Source: Ignavibacteria bacterium (GTDB taxonomy: Bacteria; Bacteroidota; Ignavibacteria; Ignavibacteriales; Melioribacteraceae). From it: a stretch of 64,000 bases of DNA. The notes beneath the pieces are model-generated. The model saw only the letters and a list, made by a program, of their open reading frames with translations. It searched no databases and had not been told where the DNA came from. The stretch spans positions 10,157 through 74,156 of the forward strand of contig VGVY01000004.1 of the NCBI GenBank assembly GCA_016873835.1, given 5' to 3'. Positions 29,164-38,296 of this stretch are shown here, one piece after another (position 1 is the stretch's first letter; every line of letters starts with the position of its first letter). The translations under genes and the position numbers were made by a program.

Positions 29164-29245
29164 AAAAGACCGTTGCTAATTTTCGCCTTGTTGTGGTGAA
29201 CAGTTCAGAAATTTGGAGCGGTCTTTTATTTTTGTTTTTGTTTTG
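29164..29245 (+). terminator. Long imperfect hairpin plus T-tract, likely dcw operon terminator
   Basis: Outer stem AAAAGACCG (29164-29172) / CGGTCTTTT (29219-29227). Inner stem TTCGCC (29182-29187) / GGTGAA (29195-29200). Followed by ATTTTTGTTTTTGTTTTG. Confidence 0.5.
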
Positions 29246-29288
29246 TAATTACTAATTTTAGCCCACCTAAAACTTATTTAATACTACT

Positions 29289-30029
29289 ATGAAAAAATTA
29301 GTTTTCTCCCTTATTCTTTTGTTCTGCTCCATTTCTGCATTTGCACAAGATAGTGAAGATGTAGGATGGGTTGCACGCTTTGGAATCGCTGGTGGTTTTA
29401 ATCCAGCTTATGTTTTTCCAAATCTCGATGCAGTTAATTCAGAAGCCATGAAAATGGGTCTTTCAAAACTTAGTGACAATGGTTTAATCACTTGGGGTGG
29501 TGCCGGATTTGCTTATGTAATGTTAGTCGAAAATTTGCGAATTGGCGGTATTGGATTAAGCGGTAGAACTAGTTCCATAGGAAATGTTAATGGATTGAAT
29601 AGAGAAATTGGTTATAATTTTGGACTTGGTGGCGCTACTATTGAATACACATTGCCGTTTATTCAAGGAATTGCATTTTCGATTGGAGGAATTGTCGGTG
29701 TCGGCTCTCAAAGCATTGAAATTTTTCAAAATAGATTTGATTATAAATGGGAAAGTTTATTTGGTAAAATAACAAGCGGCGGTTTAATGCTGCATGAAGA
29801 TGTAAATTACAAAATCAAGAATACTTTTTTTACTATTGCTCCAACATTGAATATTGATTTAGCGATTAGCAGATTTGCTGCATTAAGGCTTGGCGGAGGA
29901 TATATAATTAATTTTAATGATAGCTGGAAAATAAATAACGATAGATCGATTTCCGGAATTCCAGCAAGTTTAACTGAAAATAATTTTTTCATTCAGACTG
30001 GAATATTTATTGGATTCATAGCTTTTTAA
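29289..30029 (+). CDS. Outer-membrane beta-barrel protein (small OMP)
   Basis: Signal peptide MKKLVFSLILLFCSISAFAQ, alternating Gly/aromatic beta-strand pattern, and C-terminal FIGFIAF ending in Phe. Confidence 0.65.
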   Translation: MKKLVFSLILLFCSISAFAQDSEDVGWVARFGIAGGFNPAYVFPNLDAVNSEAMKMGLSKLSDNGLITWGGAGFAYVMLVENLRIGGIGLSGRTSSIGNVNGLNREIGYNFGLGGATIEYTLPFIQGIAFSIGGIVGVGSQSIEIFQNRFDYKWESLFGKITSGGLMLHEDVNYKIKNTFFTIAPTLNIDLAISRFAALRLGGGYIINFNDSWKINNDRSISGIPASLTENNFFIQTGIFIGFIAF

Positions 30030-30100
30030 AATGATATAAAGTAAATAATAAGTGACAAATTATAAATGATAAATCGAAGATTAATAATTTGTGATTGAGA

Positions 30101-30451
30101 ATGGATGAAGGATTAGGAAAAAGATTATTTGATTTTGCAGTTAGAACGGTTAAATATTGTAGAAATTTACCAAAGCATAAAGAGTTTCAAGTTATAGCTT
30201 ATCAACTTGTTAAATCTTCAACATCAAGCGGTGCTAATTATGAATAAGCTCAAGGTGCAAAATCAAAACCAGATGTTTTCAACAAAATAAATATTTCACT
30301 TAAAGAAATACGTGAAACCAATTATTGGTTAAGAATAATTAAAGAAATAAAAACCTTTGATGAAGAAATTGAATATTTATTAATAGAATCTCTTGAACTG
30401 AAGAAAATCTTAGGTGCAATAAATTCTAAGTCGACAAAACGGAATAGTTAA
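30101..30451 (+). pseudogene. Four-helix-bundle protein of the 23S rRNA intervening-sequence type, interrupted by an in-frame TAA
   Basis: Reads MDEGLGKRLFDFAVRTVKYCRNLPKHKEFQVIAYQLVKSSTSSGANYE-stop-AQGAKSKPDVFNKINISLKEIRETNYWLRIIKEI... The family hallmarks GANYxEA and KExxETxYWL lie on opposite sides of the TAA at 30245-30247. Confidence 0.7.
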
Positions 30452-30483
30452 CTTTATCATTTACAAATTAACATTTATAATTT

Positions 30484-31491
30484 ATGAACATTTTAGTAAC
30501 CGGCGGTGCTGGATTTATTGGAAGTAATTTTATCAATTATTTCATCAATCGAGATGACGTGTTAATTTATAATCTCGATAAACTTACTTATGCCGGTAAC
30601 TTAGACAATCTTAAATCCATTCGAGAAAAAAGAAATTACACTTTTATTAAAGGTGACATTTGTAATAGTGAATTAATCGATTATCTATTTACCAAATACA
30701 AATTCGATTATGTGATTAACTTTGCTGCAGAATCACACGTAGATAGAAGTATTTTAGGTTCGGAAATTTTTTTTAGAACTAATGTTATTGGCACAAATGT
30801 TTTGTTAGAAGCGGCAAAAAGATTTGACGTAAAAAAGTTTATTCAAATTTCTACTGATGAGGTATATGGAAGTTTAGGTCCGACTGATTTATTCACTGAA
30901 AAAACAAATTTATCACCAAACAGTCCGTATTCATCAAGTAAAGCAGCTGCAGACATAATGGCTCTTTCATTTCATCATACTTATGGTCTTCCGGTTGTTA
31001 TTACAAGATGTTCAAATAATTATGGTCAGTTTCAATTTCCAGAGAAACTAATTCCGCTGATGATTATCAATGCTTTAAATGATAAAAAACTTCCGGTCTA
31101 TGGTGATGGACTGAATGTAAGAGACTGGATTTATGTACTTGACCATAACCGAGCAGTTGAATTAGTTCTCGAAAAAGGAAGGGTTGGCGAAGTTTATAAT
31201 ATTGGTGCAAGCTGTGAGATGAGAAATATCGATATAGTAAATCTGATTCTGAAAAAACTTGAAAAAGACGAAGACTTGATTGAATTTGTAAAAGACAGAC
31301 CGGGACATGATAAAAGGTATGCAATCGATTCCTCAAAAATTCAAACCGAACTTGGTTGGAAACCGCAAACACTTTTCGAGCATGCATTATATGAAACGAT
31401 TGATTGGTACATAAATAATAAAGAGTGGTGGGGAAAAATAATTACTGGAGAATATCAAAAATATTATGATATTCAATATGGAAATAGTTAA
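30484..31491 (+). CDS. rfbB: dTDP-glucose 4,6-dehydratase
   Basis: Extended-SDR motifs TGGAGFIGSN, YSSSKAAAD (YxxxK) and DRPGHDKRYAID. Confidence 0.9.
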   Translation: MNILVTGGAGFIGSNFINYFINRDDVLIYNLDKLTYAGNLDNLKSIREKRNYTFIKGDICNSELIDYLFTKYKFDYVINFAAESHVDRSILGSEIFFRTNVIGTNVLLEAAKRFDVKKFIQISTDEVYGSLGPTDLFTEKTNLSPNSPYSSSKAAADIMALSFHHTYGLPVVITRCSNNYGQFQFPEKLIPLMIINALNDKKLPVYGDGLNVRDWIYVLDHNRAVELVLEKGRVGEVYNIGASCEMRNIDIVNLILKKLEKDEDLIEFVKDRPGHDKRYAIDSSKIQTELGWKPQTLFEHALYETIDWYINNKEWWGKIITGEYQKYYDIQYGNS

Positions 31492-31598
31492 TTTTGTATA
31501 AAAATCATTTGGAGCTTAAGCTTACTGCCAATTTATACCTTTCGAATAATATATCCTCTTTAGAACTTTTTTAATTTATTTTTATTGGATTTACGGTA

Positions 31599-32795
31599 AT
31601 GAAGATTTTGCAAATCAACAATTCATTTGAGAAAAAAGGCGGTGCCGAAGCTGTTTTTCTGAATACAATTTATTTATTGCGCAGCAAAGGAAATGAGGTA
31701 GTTACTTTTTCTAGAAAGTGTGAAAACTCTTCTTTAGAATATTCCGAAAAATATTTTTTACCAGATAAATCCAAATCAAATTCTATTGAAAGATATTATG
31801 CCAAACAAAGTGCAAATCTACTCTCTTATTTAATCGAAAATGAAAAGCCTGACGTTGCTCATATTCATAATATCCACGGCGAAATTACTTTTTCAATTTT
31901 ACCAGTACTAAAAAGAAATAGGATTCCTATTGTTGCTTCTATACATGGATTTAAATACTTATGTCCGGCGTGGGTCTTTATTAATGGAAGAGGTCAAATT
32001 TGTGAAGAATGTAAAAGCGGAAAATTTTATAAATGTTTTCTTAATAATTGTTCGCAAAAAGGAAAAGTGAAGAGCTTCCAACTTGCTGTTGAAAGTTACT
32101 TGCGAGACTGGTTAATTCCTTATGATAACTATATTGACAAGTTTTTGTTCGTTAGTAACTTTACACAAAACAAATTTTTGGAATTTAATCCGTCAATCCT
32201 TAATAAAAGTTCACAGCTTTATAATTTTGTAACACAGTTTGATGAATCTTCAAAAGGAAAGCACAATAAATATTTTTTATATTTGGGTCGTCTTGCTTAT
32301 GAAAAAGGAATTAAAACTTTAGTTGATGCTTTCAAACAAATTACACAGCACAAATTAATAATTGCTGGAAACGGTCCGTTAGAAGAATTTGTAAAGCAAA
32401 ACGAAAACGATAATATTGAATATGTAGGTTATAAAAATGGAAATGAATTAGAATCATTAATCATGAATGCATTTTTTTTGGTTGTACCGACTGAAACTTA
32501 TGAAAATAATCCAATGACTATTGTTGAAGCTTATTCAAAAGCGAAACCCGTTATTGGAACTAACTTAGGCGGGATACCAGAAATTGTGCAGAATGGCAAA
32601 AATGGATTTTTGTTTGAACCAAAAAATTCTAAACAGTTGACAGATGTAATAAATAAATGTTCTTCATTAACAAATCGCGAATATTCGAATATTTCTGAAA
32701 ATGCTTTTATGTTTGCAAAGAGAAATTTTAATCCAGAAAATCATTTTGAAAAATTAATTGCTGTTTATAAAGAAATTTTAGATAGAAAAAATTAG
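31599..32795 (+). CDS. GT-B glycosyltransferase (family 4-like) with Cys-rich insert
   Basis: N-terminal MKILQINNSFEKKGGAE and a C-terminal EX7E-like region (ETYENNPMTIVEAYSKAKPVIGTNLGGIPEIV). Cys cluster C122, C135-x2-C138, C146, C151. Confidence 0.8.
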   Translation: MKILQINNSFEKKGGAEAVFLNTIYLLRSKGNEVVTFSRKCENSSLEYSEKYFLPDKSKSNSIERYYAKQSANLLSYLIENEKPDVAHIHNIHGEITFSILPVLKRNRIPIVASIHGFKYLCPAWVFINGRGQICEECKSGKFYKCFLNNCSQKGKVKSFQLAVESYLRDWLIPYDNYIDKFLFVSNFTQNKFLEFNPSILNKSSQLYNFVTQFDESSKGKHNKYFLYLGRLAYEKGIKTLVDAFKQITQHKLIIAGNGPLEEFVKQNENDNIEYVGYKNGNELESLIMNAFFLVVPTETYENNPMTIVEAYSKAKPVIGTNLGGIPEIVQNGKNGFLFEPKNSKQLTDVINKCSSLTNREYSNISENAFMFAKRNFNPENHFEKLIAVYKEILDRKN

Positions 32796-32802
32796 GTATA
32801 AT

Positions 32803-34257
32803 ATGAAATTTCAAAAAATATTATTTGTCTTTCTTTTAGCCTCACAAATTATTTTTGCTCAACTTACTGAGAAATCAAACTCGAAGAAGACAGACACAAA
32901 TTTGTTGCAGCCTATAACTGTAACTATAGGTGGAAACTTTATTGTTACCGGTTCATTTACTGCTGTTGCAACTCAGCGACTTGATCATTTTATAACCCAA
33001 ATTTTTTCTGAAGCACAAGCAAATGCACTTGGAAACATCAATCAGATTGAACAAAAGCAAAAAGTATTAGAGGAACTTGCTAAATTCCCTTTGCGGAATA
33101 TTACTTTAAAAAGATTCAGCGGTGAAAAAATTAATATTGATTTGCTGAAATACCGAGTGACTGGCGACTTTATTTCCAATCCTTACTTAATGAATGACGA
33201 TGTAATTTTATTTCCAGGTTTTGATCCAACAACAAATTTTGTAGAGATTGATGGTGCTGTAAATAAACCTACTAAGTTCCAGTTCGTTGAAGGTGATAAA
33301 CTTTCCGATGCAATTCTTTTTGCCGGAGGATTAAATTCTGCATATGAAAATATTACATCTGTTGAAATCTCGCGTCTTATTGAAAAAGGAACTAAAGAAG
33401 AATTAATTAAAGCAAGGATTGATCAAAATCCTCTCTTAAAAAGTGGCGATAGAATTAAGATACTTTTTGATGAAACGAATAAAAGAGAATTTAAAGCTCT
33501 TGTACTTGGCGAGGTTAATAATCCTGGTTTTACTTATCTAACAAAAAATGGTCTACCCATAAAAGATGTTTTACTAAAGAGTGGCGGATTAAAACCAACA
33601 GCATCACTAAAATATGCCGAGCTTATTCGCAATAGTAATTCAACTGATATATTAAGAAAGAATGAAATTGTGGATAACTTTATGAAAAATCCCAAAAGCC
33701 TTGAATGGCAATTAAAACTATACGATTACAGAATTATGAAGGACAAATTTTCGTTTTTGCGTTTATCAAATTTAACAATCGAAGACACAATATTTTTTGA
33801 TATCGATAATCAGCTAAGAATTATGAATGATCAGAAATTTTTAGACTTCACAAAAATTTATGATGATAACTCTTCAGACGGAAATTTTGTAATTAAGGAT
33901 GGCGATGTAATCTTGATTCCCGAACATTTCAATTATGTTTATGTTTTTGGTCAAGTACCAAGAACTGGATATGTGCCATTTGAGATTGGAAAAGATTTTA
34001 CACATTATATTTCCAAAGCTGGCGGTTTTACCGAAAGTGCACGTGATCTTGATGAAGTTGTTATAATTAAAGGCGACACAAAAAATTGGATTGTTGAAAA
34101 CAAAAGCACAACTTCAATTGAACCAGGTGATTTTGTATACATCCCTAAAAAAGTACAAAGGTCCTTCAGTTATTATTTAGAAAGAGTGGGCGATGTTGCA
34201 GCTATTGTTGGAAGTGTTGCAACAATTATTCTTTTAATAATTCAATCTGGCAAATAA
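32803..34257 (+). CDS. Polysaccharide export protein (OPX/Wza-like, SLBB repeats)
   Basis: Signal peptide, repeated SLBB-like GD-hydrophobic motifs (DDVILFPG, GDRIKILF, GDVILIPE, GDFVYIPKK) and a C-terminal hydrophobic helix. Confidence 0.7.
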   Translation: MKFQKILFVFLLASQIIFAQLTEKSNSKKTDTNLLQPITVTIGGNFIVTGSFTAVATQRLDHFITQIFSEAQANALGNINQIEQKQKVLEELAKFPLRNITLKRFSGEKINIDLLKYRVTGDFISNPYLMNDDVILFPGFDPTTNFVEIDGAVNKPTKFQFVEGDKLSDAILFAGGLNSAYENITSVEISRLIEKGTKEELIKARIDQNPLLKSGDRIKILFDETNKREFKALVLGEVNNPGFTYLTKNGLPIKDVLLKSGGLKPTASLKYAELIRNSNSTDILRKNEIVDNFMKNPKSLEWQLKLYDYRIMKDKFSFLRLSNLTIEDTIFFDIDNQLRIMNDQKFLDFTKIYDDNSSDGNFVIKDGDVILIPEHFNYVYVFGQVPRTGYVPFEIGKDFTHYISKAGGFTESARDLDEVVIIKGDTKNWIVENKSTTSIEPGDFVYIPKKVQRSFSYYLERVGDVAAIVGSVATIILLIIQSGK

Positions 34258-34272
34258 AAATTTGGAATAGAA

Positions 34273-35526
34273 ATGAGATCTAATCAATCAGAAAAAAACA
34301 TCGAGCAAGTAAAACTTGGCAGTACCTTTTTTGAATTTATTACCGTAACTGTAAAATATAGATGGTTCTTATTTTGGTTTGTTTTACTGGTTACAGCCGG
34401 GGCTACAATTTATGCATTGGTAGCTCCCAAATGGTTTAAAGCTACTGCTTCGGTCTTTCCGGCTGAACGTACTGATTTTTTGGGAAGCATAACCGGACTA
34501 TCAAACCTTGTAAAAAATTTCTCTCCTTCTCGTGGACTTGCGGCATTAACCGGCGCAAATGAATCCGATAAATATATTGCAATTCTAAAATCATCTTCGG
34601 TTATTGATGATGTCATCTCAAAATTTGAATTAAAGAAAGTATATGATCTGGAAGATGAATATTATGAAAAAGTTTATAAGGAGTTTGTTGCAAACTTAGA
34701 TCTCGAAGTTCAGGATGAAGGAAACCTTACTATAGAAGTTTATGATAAAGATCCCAAACGTGCAGCAGACATTGCAAATTATATGATCGACAAACTAAAT
34801 GAAATTAATACTAGGATGAGTGTAGTAAATGCCAAAGCTAATCGTGAATTTATTGAAAAAAGATATTTGCAAAACATAAGCGATATTGGTGATCTTGAAT
34901 CAGGTATGAAAGATTTTCAAGAGAAGTACGGTGTAATTGCTGTACCGGAACAAATTGAAGTTACTGTAAAAGCAATGGCAGACATTTATGCTCAGCTTGC
35001 GGAAAAAGAAATTGAATTGAATGTTATAAACCGAACTTATGGTGAAAGTCATCCGCTTGCAATAAAATCAAAAATTGAAATTGATGAGTTAAAGAAAAAA
35101 ATAAATAAGATTAATGCTGGCAATGATGAGTCACAGAAAGGTGTCAATTTATTAATACCATTTAAGAAAGCACCAAAACTTGGGTATGATTATTTGAAGT
35201 TGTATCGCAACCTCGAAATACAATACAAAATTTTGGAGTTTGTTACTCCACTTTATGAACAAGCAAAAGTTGAAGAAGTTAGAAACACTCCTTCGGTTGT
35301 CATTCTTGATAAAGCATATCCGCCGGATAGAAAAGCTAAACCAAAAGGTTCGATATTTGCCCTTGTTTCATTTGTTGCTTCTACAATTATTGGATTCTTT
35401 CTAATATTTATGAAAGAATTGTTTAATAAAATGAAGTTGGCAGAACCGGAGCGATATAAATTTGTTTTTTCACAATTAAGGAACGATTTCAGAGGACTTA
35501 CTTTTAGAAAAAAAGAGAGTTCGTAA
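34273..35526 (+). CDS. Polysaccharide co-polymerase / chain-length determinant (Wzz/GumC-like, no kinase domain)
   Basis: TM helices near both termini, a Wzz-like N-terminus (YRWFLFWFVLLVTAGATIYALVAPKWFKA) and a central coiled-coil region. Confidence 0.7.
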   Translation: MRSNQSEKNIEQVKLGSTFFEFITVTVKYRWFLFWFVLLVTAGATIYALVAPKWFKATASVFPAERTDFLGSITGLSNLVKNFSPSRGLAALTGANESDKYIAILKSSSVIDDVISKFELKKVYDLEDEYYEKVYKEFVANLDLEVQDEGNLTIEVYDKDPKRAADIANYMIDKLNEINTRMSVVNAKANREFIEKRYLQNISDIGDLESGMKDFQEKYGVIAVPEQIEVTVKAMADIYAQLAEKEIELNVINRTYGESHPLAIKSKIEIDELKKKINKINAGNDESQKGVNLLIPFKKAPKLGYDYLKLYRNLEIQYKILEFVTPLYEQAKVEEVRNTPSVVILDKAYPPDRKAKPKGSIFALVSFVASTIIGFFLIFMKELFNKMKLAEPERYKFVFSQLRNDFRGLTFRKKESS

Positions 35527-36971
35527 TGTCGCAAGCTGCGAGAATTCGTAGGAATTCTCTTTTCTCATTTTTGTCAATCTCACTTCGATTGATTGCAAAT
35601 GTTTTAGTCTTTTGGGTTATTGCAAGATTTTATGGGCCCGAAATATTTGGGCAATTTACCTTAGCTCACACAATCGCTACACTTTTTATTTTGTTTGCTG
35701 ATTTTGGTTTTGATTTCTTGCTCACAACCGAGATTGCGAGAGACAGATCAAATGCATCTGTTTTATTCCAGCAATATTTCTCTTTGAAAATTATTTTTTC
35801 AATAGCTGCAATATTGGGAATGTGGTTAATTGCATTGTTTGGGGACTTAAGTCCGCAATCTAGAATTCTTATTTTGATTTTCAGCCTTTATATGGTTTTT
35901 ACAACTCTTACGAATTTTCTTTATGCTCTTTTTAAAGGGTATGAAAGTCTACAGTATGAAACCAAGGTCTCATTTTTTGTTAATGTTGGACTGTTGATTT
36001 TAGTATCGCTCTTAGTGATAGCAAAAGCTAATATTATCGTTATTGCATTGGCTTTTATCGTGACAAGAATTTTAGGTTTTTCTATTGGGGTAAGGTTTTC
36101 ATTTAAGGTAATGCCTGAAATCACATTCCAAATGAATTATCAAAACTGGAAGGATATTAAAGAAAAAGTTTTGGTTTTCGGCTTCCATCTCTTTTTTAGC
36201 TATTTGTTTTTTCAATTGGATACTGTATTGATAGCATTTTTCAAAGGTGATTATGAGGTTGGAATTTATCAATCAGTTTTTAAGTTAATTGTACTTCCTT
36301 TAGTTGTACCAGAAATATTAATTAATGCTTTATTGCCGGTTCTATCCAGATTGAATAATGAAAACAAAGTGCAATGGAAACGGGTCGGTTTTTTAATGAA
36401 TAAAGTTTTAATCTCGGTTGGTCTTCCAATTTCAATTGTATTTTTTATTTATGCCGATCAAATTATTCATATAGTATACGGAACTGAGCAATATGCCGAA
36501 GCAATTCCGGTTTTAAAAATATTTGCAGTTATACTTTTGATAAGGTTTTCACTTGAAGCATTTGCATTGATGCTTACAACCTCTAATCGGCATAAAGTAA
36601 GAATGTACGTTGTAATTGCTGCAGCCAGCATTAATTTCTTAACAAATATTTTTATTATACCAAAGTATGGAATTGTTGGAGCCGCTAGTGTTTCATTGTT
36701 AACTAATTTTTTTGTTGCTATAGCATTTTTTATGACAACCATGCCATTTTTTGCTGAATGGATGATTAATGTAAAGAATTTTTTCTTTTTTACTTTTTCA
36801 CTAATCTTATTTTATTTGTTCTGGATCTATAATTCATTATCAGTTTTTATTGGAGGACCAGTAATCCTATTGCTGCTTTTTATATTTTCATATTTTATTG
36901 TCTTTTCAATTAAGGAACGAGAGTTAATATTTTCAAATGATTTTAAATTAACTTTAATAAAGAAGTTCTAA
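35526..36971 (+). CDS. MOP-superfamily polysaccharide flippase (Wzx-like) 1
   Basis: 481 aa and polytopic, with a typical Wzx N-terminus RRNSLFSFLSISLRLIANVLVFWVIARFYGPEIFGQF. Confidence 0.75.
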   Translation: MSQAARIRRNSLFSFLSISLRLIANVLVFWVIARFYGPEIFGQFTLAHTIATLFILFADFGFDFLLTTEIARDRSNASVLFQQYFSLKIIFSIAAILGMWLIALFGDLSPQSRILILIFSLYMVFTTLTNFLYALFKGYESLQYETKVSFFVNVGLLILVSLLVIAKANIIVIALAFIVTRILGFSIGVRFSFKVMPEITFQMNYQNWKDIKEKVLVFGFHLFFSYLFFQLDTVLIAFFKGDYEVGIYQSVFKLIVLPLVVPEILINALLPVLSRLNNENKVQWKRVGFLMNKVLISVGLPISIVFFIYADQIIHIVYGTEQYAEAIPVLKIFAVILLIRFSLEAFALMLTTSNRHKVRMYVVIAAASINFLTNIFIIPKYGIVGAASVSLLTNFFVAIAFFMTTMPFFAEWMINVKNFFFFTFSLILFYLFWIYNSLSVFIGGPVILLLLFIFSYFIVFSIKERELIFSNDFKLTLIKKF

Positions 36972-38212
36972 TGAGCTGGATATCAATAATTTGTTTTAGT
37001 GCTTTTTTCCTTTTGTTAATTTCTCTTTTCAATAAGGGAACAGACATTTTCGCACCAGCACGAATATTTTTATTAGTGTGGACACTTGCGATTGGTTTAA
37101 CTGAATTAAAATTGAGTAGATTTCAATTTGAGTGGTCAAGCTGGAGTTGGATGATTCTTTTGTTAACTCTTTTTTCATTTCTAATAGGTGTATTTGTAGT
37201 ATATGTTATTAATAGTGATAAAAAATTAATACCAATAAAAGCAACAAGAGAATATTTCAAATCATTTGAAATTGATTATCATTATCTCTACAAAAGTATC
37301 AATTTGTTATTTGTTCTTTATATTATTTCGTACTTGGCAAGTTTTATTATCATAGGTTATCTGCCGATTTTTGCTTCTCGACCAGAAATTAGATCTCAAT
37401 GGGGAATTTTTGGTTTTGGTCTATTAACACATTTACCGCCTACACTTCTTTATCTTTCTACACTATTTTTATTTTTCAATAGAAATGATAAAGAAAAGAA
37501 AATTATAATTCTTTTCATGTCAGTTGTAACGTTTGCTACACATTTATTTCTATTACATAGATTTGACTTTTTTTTGTGGATTATTCTCACAATTGTGTTT
37601 TTATACTATGCATCTGATAAAATAAAAACGAGATATGTATTATTCTTTATAATATTTGTAATTGGTTTGATGTATGGGATTTCCCTTTTCAGAACAAGTA
37701 AATTTATTGCAGATGTAATTTACTATCTTGGGGATATGAAATATAGTATCAAATATGCGATTTTCACTGAACCGTACATGTACTTTGCAATGAACTTGGA
37801 AAATTTTTCAAATGGAGTTGATAAACTTAAGGTCTTCGATTATGGAGTACATACTTTTGATTTTTTATTAGCTTTGACAGGTTTGAAGTATCCACTAGCA
37901 GAGTATTTAAAAGTAAAAGAATTTCCACATATGATTACAAATAATTTTAATACTTATACAATGTTCTATATTTATTATAGAGATTTTGGAGTAGTTGGAA
38001 TAACACTCTTGCCATTTATTTTAGGTTCTATTGTCTCTTCTTTTTATTTTTCAATGAGAAGATTCCCTTCCATTTTTTCAATTTCTATTTATGGTTTGTT
38101 ACTTTTTGTTGTTTTATTATCTTTTTTTGTAAACATGTTAGCTTGGTTGCATTTTGTATTTAACTTATCTATTATTTTATTAATAACAAGAAGATTAGGA
38201 GAAAAAGAATAA
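36971..38212 (+). CDS. Oligosaccharide repeat-unit polymerase (Wzy-like)
   Basis: 413 aa, very hydrophobic multi-pass protein with a larger loop in the C-terminal half. Sits directly after the flippase in a polysaccharide locus. Assigned mainly from context. Confidence 0.55.
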   Translation: MSWISIICFSAFFLLLISLFNKGTDIFAPARIFLLVWTLAIGLTELKLSRFQFEWSSWSWMILLLTLFSFLIGVFVVYVINSDKKLIPIKATREYFKSFEIDYHYLYKSINLLFVLYIISYLASFIIIGYLPIFASRPEIRSQWGIFGFGLLTHLPPTLLYLSTLFLFFNRNDKEKKIIILFMSVVTFATHLFLLHRFDFFLWIILTIVFLYYASDKIKTRYVLFFIIFVIGLMYGISLFRTSKFIADVIYYLGDMKYSIKYAIFTEPYMYFAMNLENFSNGVDKLKVFDYGVHTFDFLLALTGLKYPLAEYLKVKEFPHMITNNFNTYTMFYIYYRDFGVVGITLLPFILGSIVSSFYFSMRRFPSIFSISIYGLLLFVVLLSFFVNMLAWLHFVFNLSIILLITRRLGEKE

Positions 38213-38239
38213 ATAAATCGTTCCCCATTGTTTTACAGT

Positions 38240-38261
38240 AATGAAATTTTTCTTTTTCATT
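38240..38261. terminator. Weak AT-rich hairpin between convergent genes
   Basis: AATGAAA (38240-38246) / TTTCATT (38255-38261) with an 8-nt loop, in the 84-bp gap between convergent stops. Confidence 0.25.
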
Positions 38262-38296
38262 CTTAATCAAATATGAAATATTATTTATAAAACTAT

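Noticed and set aside
31513-31522. AGCTTAAGCT palindrome after rfbB as a terminator
   Set aside because: It is a 10-bp perfect palindrome with no loop and no following T-tract. It is too short to act as an intrinsic terminator.
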